Notes: generated from the letters alone by a model not told the origin. 64,000 bases of DNA from an uncultured Bacteroidales bacterium (GCA_905233745.1 CAJODA010000006.1:5-64004), one strand, 5' to 3'; positions 14,747 through 25,076 are shown, numbered from the stretch's first letter. Translations and numbers: made by a program.

Positions 14747-16833
14747 AAAAACTTTTCATATTCATATCATTCATTCTTCTCAGCTTCTATGGTTTTGCCA
14801 TAGAACCGCCGAAGCTCCAGTGTATCGAGCAGCTCATCAATCCCAGAGAGTTGCGCATCACCTGGTCTTGGAATGATATGAGCAACGTGTCCATAAATGA
14901 TGAATACACCTTCATCATCAACAATGTGGAGGTCAGCACCTCTGTGCACCCGCATCCAGACAACACCATATACCGGTCATCCACCACTATTATCTTAAAT
15001 GACAACCAATTGAGCAACCATTACACCTGCCAGATTCATGCAACGAATACTGTTACAGGCGAAGCATGCATGTCGAATGCCATGAGCACCATACTGCTTA
15101 CCGTGACACCATACGACCTGCAGGGCGACAGCACGGCAGCGTTTCTGCAATGGGATGCCGTAAGCTCCTCCATCGATGGCGGTTCCTGGGACAATGTCTA
15201 TCACATTTACAAAAAACGGAGTTTTGAGCCTGACTTTGGTGCCACCCCCATCGGCTCCGTGCCCACCACCGGTGATCTCACCTATATAGACCCTTCGGAT
15301 GTATGTCACAACTACATCTCCTATCAGGTGGGCATCACCAATCACATCAACACAGCCGGAGGCAGCTCCTGCGTCTTCAAGTCCAACATCCAAACGGTAT
15401 TCTTGAACGACAGCATTCTTCCCTCCGCACCTATCCTTGACAGCATTTCCGTTACAGAAGACAACCATGTTGTGATGGGATTCCATGCCCCAGACCCGTA
15501 TATGATGTGCTATCCGGTTTACTATCTGGATGGCAGCATCCGCCTGCCACTGCACACGGTGTATGATGCAACCTATTGGATGGATGCCAGTGTTAACCCC
15601 AACGAGGTAAGCCGCGAGTATTTCATTGCCGTGCTGGACTCGTGCAACAACAGTTCACACCAGACCGACAGCGGTCAGTGTAACATCCGCCTGAGCCATC
15701 CTACCACCGATGCCTGCCACAGAACCGCGCAACTCTCCTGGAACGCTTATAAGAACATGCACGGCGGGGTAGGTTCTTACACCATATTACTGAGCGAGGA
15801 CAACGGCATATCATACAACGCCGTGGGCAACACCACCGGTACTTCGTTCACGCTTTCAGATTTGCAACTTAACACCGCATACCGAGTGTTTGTCAGGGCG
15901 AACAACACAGACAACAGCATCACATCCAGCAGTAATCGGGTAAACTTCTCTATTGATGCGGAAGAGTCTGATGACATGACGTACATCCGTCATGTGTCGG
16001 TAATGGACAACCGTTATATCTCCATATTGGTGCACACCAGCGGTGATGAATATCCTTTCAACACCATCACTTTGCAACGGAGCGAGAATGGACAGGATTT
16101 CGAAGACCTGGCAACCCTCCCCTATCACAATGGCACGGAATATGAATTCATGGACAGCACCGCCCAATTCAACAAAAAAGTCTATTATTACCGTACGTAC
16201 GTCATCAGTTCCTGCAACATTCCCGCAGGATACTCCAACATTTCCCACAACATCCTATTGACCGGAACAACCTCCTCCGCCCACGACTGCAACCTGGAAT
16301 GGAACAATTATGGGACATGGAACGGTGACATCAACCATTACTCGGTTAGTCGAAAAACGGAGTACGACACTGTTTTTCTGGAATTGACCGGATCCATCGT
16401 ACCGCGCCTGCACAACACCTACGGTGACGATGTCTCCATGCTGTTCCAGCAAGGCTCATTGTTCACCTACTACGTCACTGCACACGAAACTTTGAACGAA
16501 TATGGATTTCAGGACGAAAGCATCTCCAACCATGTGACCCTGCAACAGGAATCCAGCATGATTATCCCCAATGCCTTTTCACCGAACCAGGACGGGCACA
16601 ATGACATATTCCTCCCATCCAACGCTTTTGTGTCCAGTTCCAATTATGAGCTTAGAATAATTTCCAGATGGGGGAAGACGGTATTTAGGACCTGTAATCC
16701 CACAGAGGGATGGGATGGTCGTGACATGAATGGTGAAAACGCCCCTGTCGGAGTTTACGTTTACATCATCAATTATATGAACACTCAGGACAAGGCCGTA
16801 CAGGTGCGCGGAAGCGTAACCCTGCTCCGATAA
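14743..16833 (+). CDS. T9SS type B cargo protein with several Fn3/Ig-like beta domains
   Basis: Signal peptide MKKLFIFISFILLSFYGFA. The C-terminus is IIPNAFSPNQDGHNDIF...EGWDGRDMNGENAPVGVYVYIINY...VRGSVTLLR, the gliding-motility-associated C-terminal domain. Its start overlaps the M16 stop (ATGA). Confidence 0.8.
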   Translation: MKKLFIFISFILLSFYGFAIEPPKLQCIEQLINPRELRITWSWNDMSNVSINDEYTFIINNVEVSTSVHPHPDNTIYRSSTTIILNDNQLSNHYTCQIHATNTVTGEACMSNAMSTILLTVTPYDLQGDSTAAFLQWDAVSSSIDGGSWDNVYHIYKKRSFEPDFGATPIGSVPTTGDLTYIDPSDVCHNYISYQVGITNHINTAGGSSCVFKSNIQTVFLNDSILPSAPILDSISVTEDNHVVMGFHAPDPYMMCYPVYYLDGSIRLPLHTVYDATYWMDASVNPNEVSREYFIAVLDSCNNSSHQTDSGQCNIRLSHPTTDACHRTAQLSWNAYKNMHGGVGSYTILLSEDNGISYNAVGNTTGTSFTLSDLQLNTAYRVFVRANNTDNSITSSSNRVNFSIDAEESDDMTYIRHVSVMDNRYISILVHTSGDEYPFNTITLQRSENGQDFEDLATLPYHNGTEYEFMDSTAQFNKKVYYYRTYVISSCNIPAGYSNISHNILLTGTTSSAHDCNLEWNNYGTWNGDINHYSVSRKTEYDTVFLELTGSIVPRLHNTYGDDVSMLFQQGSLFTYYVTAHETLNEYGFQDESISNHVTLQQESSMIIPNAFSPNQDGHNDIFLPSNAFVSSSNYELRIISRWGKTVFRTCNPTEGWDGRDMNGENAPVGVYVYIINYMNTQDKAVQVRGSVTLLR

Positions 16834-16842
16834 GGCAATTTG

Positions 16843-18265
16843 CTAATCGCGTAAACAACGGACAGCGTAACAATAGGACTTACTGCTGTTACTGGACGGA
16901 TACACTCCGCTGTTGTTATAATAGAGTCCCCAGGTTTTACCCTTGTCCGACGTCTGTCCAGAATGTCGAATCCATACCCAATGAGGAGAAAGCCCCGTTT
17001 CCAAAGAAGCCTTCAGGATAAGCGGTGAAACCGAGTGCATTATTGCTTTCCATATTGTTGCCCGCAGCGCAAAGGCTGCTATTGGAAGTCCAGCCCGTTG
17101 TAGATGCAAACGCCTTGGCAACATTCAGGGACGAGTAATTGCAAAAGTATTCCTCTTTGGTTTTGACATAATTCACCAATGCAGACCATTCCGCATTGGA
17201 GGGCACGTGCCATCCTTGAGGGCAGATGCCTCGCCTGCCATCCGGGAAAACAGCACTCACAGCCTGACTGCTTGCGGTTTCCACACTAGTTTCACCGGAC
17301 ACTGTGTTGAACGTATCCACGACCGCATTCCAATTGTATAGCACACCATAGTTCAGCGCTGCATAGGTGGTACTGTCATTATTATACCAACGTGCAATTT
17401 TTCCGCTAAATGAATATTGCGATGGGGTGACATTCAAGAGATATGTGCCCGTAGTGGGAGAGGTCAAAGCCCGCATACTCTGGGCTGTCCAACACTGTGG
17501 ACCGACTTGGATGGTGGGGTAAACATTCCCCTCGTGATCGGTAACCGTCGGCATATTGGAGCAGGGTATCCCGTCTTGGAAAAAGACCAAAGCAATAGTG
17601 TCATCCTCCATCTGCTCTTGGGTAACAATCTCACTTACGCGCATTTCACCCTCTATGGTAGCAAAGCCTGTGTATCTCATCTCATCACCCAGCACGAAAA
17701 GAGCTTCCGATTCAAACATCTGCTTTTTCATATAATCTTGGCCAGATTCCATATCCGGATGCCCCACCAAAGCTATTCTGTTAGCATCCCCATAGCCCAC
17801 GTTCACCAGCTTGCAACTTTTGGACCCACGCTCTGTCTGAATGCTGACAAAATAGATTTGAGGAGTCGTCAATGAGATGGCAAACGCGTTGGTTCCAGAC
17901 TGCACAACGCCTGAATATTCGGCACACAACCGGCCTTGTACATCCGTAACCTTCAGACGAGCCGGCCCTTCCTGCATATTTCCCACGCACAAAACAGCAT
18001 TGCCGACAAAAGGATTCGGGACAATCAAAACATCACGCCAAAAATCATTATCATCTACGCCAACAGAAACCAAAAGTATCATCTCAGTATCCGGATAGAT
18101 AATCGTCTCAGCCCATTCCCGGGTAAGATTTTCGACGCGCACACTATCCAACTGGAAATATGCATTGCCTTGGTCCTGCCCTTTGAACGTAAGAGACAGA
18201 GTGTTTTGGGCAAACAACCCGTAAACCATTATAAAAATTACACAAAAAAAGAAAAGTTTTTTCAT
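16843..18265 (-). pseudogene. Frameshifted paralogue of the giant surface protein (N-terminal domain plus one FISH domain)
   Basis: ORF 16937..18265 ends ...STFWTDVGQG*. The rest of the FISH domain (TSDKGKTWGLYYNNSGVYPSSNSSKSYCYAVRCLRD*) continues in the adjacent frame as ORF 16843..17124. The frame change is at about 16950-16965. Confidence 0.7.
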
Positions 18266-18271
18266 ATTCGA

Positions 18272-19336
18272 TTATCTTACTCTGATTTTCTGTCCCAAAG
18301 AGAGAATTGAAGTCTCCTTTATGTGATTCAATTTACACAATTTACTCACTGTGGTATGGTATTTCCGCGCAATTGCGTACAGCGTATCCCCTTTCTTTAC
18401 AGTATGGTATTTGGGAGTGGTCTGAGATGCCGGAGCAGACGCTTGTTCTTGGGAAGAAGAGGTGCCTGACACAGTGGAGGTAGTGTCCTGATTCATAGCT
18501 TGCGTGGTATCCTTAGCATGGAATTTATTAGGATCCACTATGACTATTTTATTGGCTGCGCGGTCAATATTCTGATAAGCGGCACTCATAGTGGATGCTG
18601 TGATAACCACCTCTTTATCCACCTGCCGCACAGAGTCCGTTCTGGAGTGGCGGAACAGCCACTCGTACGTCTCAGGTATATAGAACATCTTGGCCAACTG
18701 GCTGTGGTTGACGCCCGGGAATTTGTCAAAACGAAGCAGATCAGTATTCCCGCAGGCCTTCATAGCATTCACCACCTTTTGAGATTCAGCGACAGACACG
18801 GCCCGGTCTGCGGTCCCGTGGATAATCCACAGGGGAACAGTATTGAGACCACAATGTTCGCGAAGGTTGCTACCGCCACAGAAAGCCATAGCCGCGGCCA
18901 CCCGCTCCGGATAGGTGCCCACATACTGGAAGGTACCATAACCGCCCATGCTCATGCCGATGACATAGAGACGGTTGGTGTCAAATTCAAAATGCTCCTG
19001 CACCCAGTTCAGCACATTATTCAATTTCAGCGCATTCCAAGGGCCTCCCGGGTTCTGGGGGGCAACCACAATTGCATTGATATCCTTTCCCATGGATATG
19101 GCATCCAGACACCCGTACCGGCGAACACGGTTCAAATCGGATCCACACAAACTGTGTCCATGCAGAAAAAGAATCAAGGGCATCTTCTCGCGCTGATCCT
19201 TATAGGTGTCGGGAATGCTGAGCCAAAAGTTATAACCATCAGGCACCACCTTCCGGTACGCCGAAAACTCATATTCAGTCTGCGCATTAATCCATAATGG
19301 AATCAATATTGTTAAAATTAATAGGATTTTCTTCAT
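18272..19336 (-). CDS. Secreted alpha/beta-hydrolase (esterase) with a C-terminal LysM domain
   Basis: Signal peptide MKKILLILTILIPLWINAQ. The nucleophile elbow is GMSMGG and the oxyanion region is LFLHG. The C-terminus YHTVKKGDTLYAIARKYHTTVSKLCKLNHI...LSLGQKIRV is a LysM domain. Confidence 0.8.
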   Translation of the reverse strand: MKKILLILTILIPLWINAQTEYEFSAYRKVVPDGYNFWLSIPDTYKDQREKMPLILFLHGHSLCGSDLNRVRRYGCLDAISMGKDINAIVVAPQNPGGPWNALKLNNVLNWVQEHFEFDTNRLYVIGMSMGGYGTFQYVGTYPERVAAAMAFCGGSNLREHCGLNTVPLWIIHGTADRAVSVAESQKVVNAMKACGNTDLLRFDKFPGVNHSQLAKMFYIPETYEWLFRHSRTDSVRQVDKEVVITASTMSAAYQNIDRAANKIVIVDPNKFHAKDTTQAMNQDTTSTVSGTSSSQEQASAPASQTTPKYHTVKKGDTLYAIARKYHTTVSKLCKLNHIKETSILSLGQKIRVR

Positions 19337-19348
19337 CACACTCAAATT

Positions 19349-19933
19349 TCATCCAACATTCTCCCGGTTTCGCTGCTCAACAGCCTCACAAAGATCCTCA
19401 TACCACTCAAGTCCGAACTTGCGGACCAACGGTTCGCGCAGGAACCGATAGATAGGCTGGTGCAATTCCCCTCCATAACGGCAAGCACTGGCACAAATAT
19501 CCCAATGATGATAATTCAAGGCCGTATATTTTCCCACTTTGCTAGCTCTTACCGGATACAGGAAGCAAGACATGGGTTTCTGAAAAGGGATTTCCCCGTT
19601 CTGAAAAGCTTTCTCAATGGCGCATTTGCAAATTCCGTTTTCATAAAACGCAAATGCACATGCTTTAGTGCTTTCTACCAGTGGGGTGCCAAAATCCCCC
19701 GAACCGTCAAAAACGAATGTTTCGCCGTTTTGTTCCACCGTTTCAACACCTTCGGCGGTCATATACTTCTTGAAGAGCGGATAGTTTTCGTCCAGATCCC
19801 CCAACTCCTCAGGAGCCAGGGGTGCACCGGAATCCCCCTCCACACAACAGGCGCCATGACACTGTGACAAATCGCAGCAGAAGCACTTGTCTATCAGTTC
19901 ATCCGAAACTAAAACATCACCTACAATCAGCAT
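19349..19933 (-). CDS. DUF3109-family Cys-rich protein
   Basis: The N-terminus VLVSDELIDKCFCCDLSQCHGACCVEGDSGAPL matches this family as I remember it. Confidence 0.65.
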   Translation of the reverse strand: MLIVGDVLVSDELIDKCFCCDLSQCHGACCVEGDSGAPLAPEELGDLDENYPLFKKYMTAEGVETVEQNGETFVFDGSGDFGTPLVESTKACAFAFYENGICKCAIEKAFQNGEIPFQKPMSCFLYPVRASKVGKYTALNYHHWDICASACRYGGELHQPIYRFLREPLVRKFGLEWYEDLCEAVEQRNRENVG

Positions 19934-19945
19934 ATCAGCATTGTT

Positions 19946-19990
19946 CGTTATAAAAACAACAGGTCGGCGGGGTACCCCGCCGACCTGTTG
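19946..19990 (-). terminator. Intrinsic terminator of tnaA
   Basis: A perfect palindrome ACAACAGGTCGGCGGGGTACCCCGCCGACCTGTTGT, followed on the minus strand by TTTTTATAACG. Confidence 0.75.
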
Positions 19991-20005
19991 TCCCTTGGTT
20001 AATTA

Positions 20006-21382
20006 CTATTTCAGTCTCTTGAATTGGCAGGTGAAATGACGCATCAGTTCGGCCTCCCAAGTGATTTCCAGACCACGCTTAATCGTATCGCGACGGTCAT
20101 AGACATTCTTCAAGGCAGCAGCAATCACGTCCATGTGATTGTTGGTATATACACGGCGAGGGATACAGAGACGAACGAAGTCGTTGCCTCCAAAACGGTT
20201 CTCGCGTGTAACCGGGTCGCGGTCGGCCAGCACATAGCCGATCTCGCAAGCGCGGATACCAGCCTCAAGATAGAGCTCACATGTCAGCGTCTGAGCAGGG
20301 AACTCCTCCTTCGGAATGTTCGTGAGCACCTTGTCGGCATCCACGAAGATGGCATGACCACCGGCAGGACGCTGATAAGGAATGCCGTACTCATCCAATT
20401 TGTCTGCCAAATACTGCACTTGCTTAACACGGGTCTCTACCATGTCAAACTCAATATTCTCCTTCAAACCGACAGCCAACGCATCCATGTCACGACCATT
20501 CATACCGCCATAGGTCAGGAAGCCCTCAAAGGGAATACAGTAAAGTTTGGCACCTTCGTACCAATCCTCCTTGTTAGTGGCAATAAAACCACCCATGTTC
20601 ACAAGACCGTCTTTCTTGGCACTCATCGTCATGCTGTCGGCATAAGAGAACATCTCCTTGCAAATCTCACGCAAAGTCTTATCGGCATAGCCCTCCTCAC
20701 GGGTCTTGATGAAGTAGGCATTCTCAATGAAACGGGCACTGTCAATGTTTACAGGCACGCCATATTTGTGACAAAGCTCGCAGGTCTCGCGAATGTTCTT
20801 CATGCTGACCGGCTGCCCGCCCACCGTATTGTTCGTAACAGTAAGCACCATGAACGGGACATTGCCCTTATTCTCTTGGAGCACCTTTTCCAGTTTCTCC
20901 AAACTGACATTACCTTTGAAGGGAACCTCCAACTGGGTGTCGTAAGCCTCCGGAACGGTAACGTCGATGGCGAATGCCTTACGGCTTTCAATATGGCCTT
21001 TTGTAGTGTCGAAATGAGCGTTGCCAGGAATGATGTTGCCCGGTTTCACCAGATAGCTGAAAAGCACATTCTCAGCGGCACGGCCCTGGTGAGTAGGGAT
21101 GACAAACTTGAATCCCGTCAATTCTGTAACCGTATCCTTCATGTGATAGAAGGAACGGGCTCCGCCGTAACTCTCATCACCCATCATCATGGCACTCCAC
21201 TGACGGTCGCTCATAGCTCCCGTACCAGAGTCAGTCAACAGGTCAATGTAAACATAGTCGCTCTTCAACATGAAAATGTTCTGATGAGCAGCGTCAAGCC
21301 ACTTTTCTCTTTCTTCTCTAGTGGACTTCTTAATGGGTTCCACCATTTTTATTTTCCACGCTTCTGCAAAAGGTAATTCCAT
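20006..21382 (-). CDS. tnaA: Tryptophanase (beta-eliminating lyase, indole-producing)
   Basis: 458 aa. MELPFAEAWKIKMVEP...YIDLLTDSGTGAMSDRQW...SAKKDGLVNMGGF contains the PLP-lysine region. The whole-length pattern is typical of TnaA. Tyrosine phenol-lyase cannot be formally excluded. Confidence 0.85.
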   Translation of the reverse strand: MELPFAEAWKIKMVEPIKKSTREEREKWLDAAHQNIFMLKSDYVYIDLLTDSGTGAMSDRQWSAMMMGDESYGGARSFYHMKDTVTELTGFKFVIPTHQGRAAENVLFSYLVKPGNIIPGNAHFDTTKGHIESRKAFAIDVTVPEAYDTQLEVPFKGNVSLEKLEKVLQENKGNVPFMVLTVTNNTVGGQPVSMKNIRETCELCHKYGVPVNIDSARFIENAYFIKTREEGYADKTLREICKEMFSYADSMTMSAKKDGLVNMGGFIATNKEDWYEGAKLYCIPFEGFLTYGGMNGRDMDALAVGLKENIEFDMVETRVKQVQYLADKLDEYGIPYQRPAGGHAIFVDADKVLTNIPKEEFPAQTLTCELYLEAGIRACEIGYVLADRDPVTRENRFGGNDFVRLCIPRRVYTNNHMDVIAAALKNVYDRRDTIKRGLEITWEAELMRHFTCQFKRLK

Positions 21383-21484
21383 AAAATCTATTTATTTGAT
21401 TGTTAGTTATTATTATTTTTAAGTTCGTAAGGTTTGTAAAGTTATAAAGTTGCAAAGAATAAGGATTCTGTTTCTCTTTCCTTC

Positions 21485-22084
21485 TTATTTCTTCTCGTCA
21501 AAATTTTCCGTACGAATAAGATTCTCTTTATCATCGTAAAATCTCCACTCACCCACGCGCACGCCATTTTTGTAAAAGCCCGTGTAATATACACTTCCAT
21601 TTTCGTGATATACCGTGTAACGGCCATCCTCCTTGCCATTCCTATAATGGGCCATAGTCTGCACGTTACCATTCTTGTGATAGGCATACCACAAACCATC
21701 ACGCTGGTTTTCTGCGACATTGCCATCTATATATTTTATCTCTCCCTGATAGTAGTGAGTCTCGTGAACCCGAACATCAGTCGGTTGTCCCAGACTGTCC
21801 TTTTCGTAATAATAGACATCACGCGGTGACTCGTCTTCGTAGGAGACCACGGTTTTCTTATAGTAAAGGCTGTCAGCAAAATCAATGGGCGGGAAAACAT
21901 GCAATTCGGAAAGGTTCTCCTTCTTTGGGGAGCTTTCCTCCACATGTTTCTTTGAATGGGTGAAGTGGACCACTAAAAAAACGGCAACAACCATCAAAAT
22001 GAGTGCAGCTACAACTGAAGCTATAATGATATTACGCTTCTTGTTGGATGCCTCTGGAGTCGGGGTCATATTATTCTCTTCCAT
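21485..22084 (-). CDS. Membrane-anchored MORN-variant repeat protein (YwqK-like)
   Basis: N-terminal TM helix IIIASVVAALILMVVAVFLVV. Repeats of the form DGLWYAYHKNGNV...YRNGKEDGRYTVYHENGSV...YKNGVRVGEWRFY follow. Confidence 0.7.
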   Translation of the reverse strand: MEENNMTPTPEASNKKRNIIIASVVAALILMVVAVFLVVHFTHSKKHVEESSPKKENLSELHVFPPIDFADSLYYKKTVVSYEDESPRDVYYYEKDSLGQPTDVRVHETHYYQGEIKYIDGNVAENQRDGLWYAYHKNGNVQTMAHYRNGKEDGRYTVYHENGSVYYTGFYKNGVRVGEWRFYDDKENLIRTENFDEKK

Positions 22085-22087
22085 CTG

Positions 22088-22831
22088 TTATTTTTTCTTC
22101 TTGGTAAACGGCTTGTTCAGTTCATCGAGAACAGCATTTGTAATGTCACGTGTAGGATCAGCGCAAATCATGGGGCTGCCACTTCCGTATGTGAACACGT
22201 AGGAGGCGTTCACCCCTGCATTCACCCGTCTGGTCGCCGCCCGCAACGAATCTGCAATCTGCTCCAGCGCAGCCGTATAGCGGGCCTCCAGAGACTCCAC
22301 TGCCTGAGCATAGTCACTCTGCAACTGCTGACTCTCCTGTTGCAACGAAGCTTCCGCATATTGCGCCTGCTGAGGAGTCAACTGACCGCTCTGCATATTA
22401 CGCTGATAATTGGCCAGCTTGTTCTCCAAAGCCTTCTGGCGGTTTTGGAATTGCACCGTCTGACGCTGTTTCTCCATATCAATACTGTCTGTAAGCAAAC
22501 TCACCATCTCATACTTTTCATTGATGGTATCTATGTTCACATAAACTACAGAACCATCCCCAGCCTGCTCCATGGGTACAGGATTGGTCACTTTTGACTG
22601 CTTGTTACCCGTAAAATGCAGAATAAAAAGGGCAATAACCGCTACTAACAGCACCAAATCAAAGACCAAATGCGCGATATGGCACTTTTTCCTATCGCAC
22701 GCAGGCTTTTCCTCCTCTTTGCAACATACCTCCTGAGCAACCTCCTGAGTCACTTCCAGATTACTCTCTTGTTTCAACTCATCGGGAATCAGTTCTGTTG
22801 ATTCATTCATCATCTCATTATTATCTTCCAT
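22088..22831 (-). CDS. OmpH/Skp-like periplasmic chaperone family protein with an acidic N-terminus and a TM anchor
   Basis: A Q-rich coiled-coil core (QFQNRQKALENKLANYQRNMQSGQLTPQQAQYAEASLQQESQQLQ) and the end ITNAVLDELNKPF are typical of OmpH. Confidence 0.65.
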   Translation of the reverse strand: MEDNNEMMNESTELIPDELKQESNLEVTQEVAQEVCCKEEEKPACDRKKCHIAHLVFDLVLLVAVIALFILHFTGNKQSKVTNPVPMEQAGDGSVVYVNIDTINEKYEMVSLLTDSIDMEKQRQTVQFQNRQKALENKLANYQRNMQSGQLTPQQAQYAEASLQQESQQLQSDYAQAVESLEARYTAALEQIADSLRAATRRVNAGVNASYVFTYGSGSPMICADPTRDITNAVLDELNKPFTKKKK

Positions 22832-22865
22832 ATTGTTTTTTAATTATACGCAACATTTAAAAATA

Positions 22866-25076
22866 TTAATTACCTACATCTGACAAGTATTTGATTCTCA
22901 TGATGCGAATCTCCTCCACAGTATATTCGTCTTCGCCTAACTCCTTGAGTGCCAGATCGACGGAATCGGATTCTGCCGAGGCGAAATAATCCAGAATCTC
23001 CTCTTGATGATACTCTTCAATCTCCTCGTTGATGTAGTATGTAATGTCAATTTTCGTGCCAGAGGAGACAATCATTTCTATTTCAGTAAGCAGTTCGTCC
23101 ATATCCAAGCCTTTTGCCCTGGCTATGTCTTCAAAGCTCAATTTACGGTCGATACTCTGGATAATGAAGACCTTTATGGCGGATTTCTTCACCACAGAAC
23201 GGACCACAAAATCCTGAGGACGCTCTATTTCATTCTCTTCCACATAGTTCTTGATAAGCTCAATAAAGCGACGGCCATATTTCTGTGCTTTTCCGACACC
23301 TACACCAGAGATGTGCGTCATCTCTTCAATGGTGATGGGGTATTGGATACACATGTCTTCCAGCGAAGGATCCTGGAAAATGACAAACGGTGGAATATTC
23401 TCTTCTTTGGAGATATTCTTCCGCAAGTCTTTCAGCAAACTGAACAGTGTGGTGTCAAAAGCATCTTCCACACCGCCGACTGCACTGGCTTCAATCACAT
23501 CTTCGTCATCCTCATCCTTTTCCACAACCGGTTTTATCGTCTGGATGGAATAGGGATTTACCATATATTTCTCGCCTTTTGGCGTGATCTTAAGCAAACC
23601 GTAGTTCTCCACATCCTTGGCAATGAGGTTGTCAAAGATGGCGAGTCTGATGATATTTGACCAGAATTTGGCATCATACTCCGAGCCTTCCCCGAACTGC
23701 TTGAGTTTGTTGTGTTTGAACTTCACAATGGAAGTGGTCTTATTGCCGATAATAATATCGACAATCTGATCCTCCTTGAACTGCTGTTTCACAGCTTGGA
23801 TCACCTCCAGGGCCAGGAGAATCTGTTCGGAAGCATTCATCTTCGGCTTCGGATGGTTGCAATTGTCGCAGTTGTGGCAATTTTCCTCACCATAATCCTC
23901 CCCGAAATAATGGAGCAGATGCTTGCGGCGGCAGCTGGTCGACTCAGCGTATGAGGCGGTTTCGGCCAGCAGCTCCTTCACGATTTCCTGTTCGGCAACC
24001 GCTTTCTTGGTGGAGAATTTCTCCAGTTTGTGAAGATCCTTATAGTCATAGAACGCGATACACATGCCTTCGCCATCGTCGCGGCCGGCACGGCCGGTCT
24101 CCTGATAATAGCCCTCCAGACTCTTGGGCATGTCATAGTGGATGACATAGCGCACATCGGGCTTGTCAATACCCATACCGAAAGCGATAGTGGCCACAAT
24201 GACATCCGCTTTCTCCATCAGGAAGTCATCCTGGTTCTGCACTCTGGTTTTGGAGTCCAAGCCGGCATGATACGGGAGCGCACGGATCTTGTTAACCTGC
24301 AAAAAGGCCGCCAACTCTTCCACTTTTTTACGGCTCAGGCAGTAGATAATACCCGATTTGCCCGGATGATTCTTGATAAACTTCACGACCTCCTTGTCCA
24401 CATCTTTAGTCTTTTCTCTGATTTCATAATAGAGATTAGGACGATTGAACGAGGAGATAAACACTTCTGCTTTCTCCATGCTCAAGTTTTTCTGAATGTC
24501 ACTTTGGACTTTCGGAGTAGCCGTGGCGGTCAAAGCAATAACGGGCACCTTCTGGCCAATTTTCTCAATAATAGCACGGATGCGACGGTATTCCGGGCGG
24601 AAATCATGTCCCCATTCCGAAATACAGTGTGCCTCGTCAATGGCATAGAAGGAAATATTGATATCTTGGAAGAACTGCACATTCTCCTCTTTGGTCAGCG
24701 ATTCCGGAGCCACATAGAGCAATTTCGTTTTTCCCTCGAGAAGGTCTTGTCTCACCTCGTTGATCTCCATTTTGGTAAGCGAGGAGTTGAGAAAATGGGC
24801 GGTGCCATTCTCAGCGCCAAAGCCCCGGATTGCATCCACCTGGTTCTTCATCAGGGCAATCAGAGGGGAAATGATAATAGCCGTACCCTCTTTCATCAAT
24901 GCCGGCAGCTGATAGCACATGGACTTCCCGCCACCAGTAGGCATGATGACAAAACAATCCTTTCCCTTCAGCAGGGCCTTCACAATCTTCAACTGATCGC
25001 CTTTAAATTTATCAAAACCAAAGACGGTTTTGAGGGTTTTATGAATCTCCTTGTCAGTAAAATTTTTCATTAGCAA
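22866..25076 (-). CDS. recQ: ATP-dependent DNA helicase RecQ
   Basis: Helicase motifs MPTGGGKSMCYQLPA, DEAHCISEWGHDFRPEY, TATAT and the ending block of motifs, the Zn-finger CRRK..L.YFGE...C..CDNC, and a C-terminal HRDC-like region. Confidence 0.92.
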   Translation of the reverse strand: MLMKNFTDKEIHKTLKTVFGFDKFKGDQLKIVKALLKGKDCFVIMPTGGGKSMCYQLPALMKEGTAIIISPLIALMKNQVDAIRGFGAENGTAHFLNSSLTKMEINEVRQDLLEGKTKLLYVAPESLTKEENVQFFQDINISFYAIDEAHCISEWGHDFRPEYRRIRAIIEKIGQKVPVIALTATATPKVQSDIQKNLSMEKAEVFISSFNRPNLYYEIREKTKDVDKEVVKFIKNHPGKSGIIYCLSRKKVEELAAFLQVNKIRALPYHAGLDSKTRVQNQDDFLMEKADVIVATIAFGMGIDKPDVRYVIHYDMPKSLEGYYQETGRAGRDDGEGMCIAFYDYKDLHKLEKFSTKKAVAEQEIVKELLAETASYAESTSCRRKHLLHYFGEDYGEENCHNCDNCNHPKPKMNASEQILLALEVIQAVKQQFKEDQIVDIIIGNKTTSIVKFKHNKLKQFGEGSEYDAKFWSNIIRLAIFDNLIAKDVENYGLLKITPKGEKYMVNPYSIQTIKPVVEKDEDDEDVIEASAVGGVEDAFDTTLFSLLKDLRKNISKEENIPPFVIFQDPSLEDMCIQYPITIEEMTHISGVGVGKAQKYGRRFIELIKNYVEENEIERPQDFVVRSVVKKSAIKVFIIQSIDRKLSFEDIARAKGLDMDELLTEIEMIVSSGTKIDITYYINEEIEEYHQEEILDYFASAESDSVDLALKELGEDEYTVEEIRIMRIKYLSDVGN

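Noticed and set aside
20024-21376. 450-aa plus-strand ORF covering almost all of tnaA
   Set aside because: It is a mirror ORF opposite a gene with an unmistakable tryptophanase sequence. Its composition is low-complexity (V/H/L/G-rich) and no motifs are recognisable.
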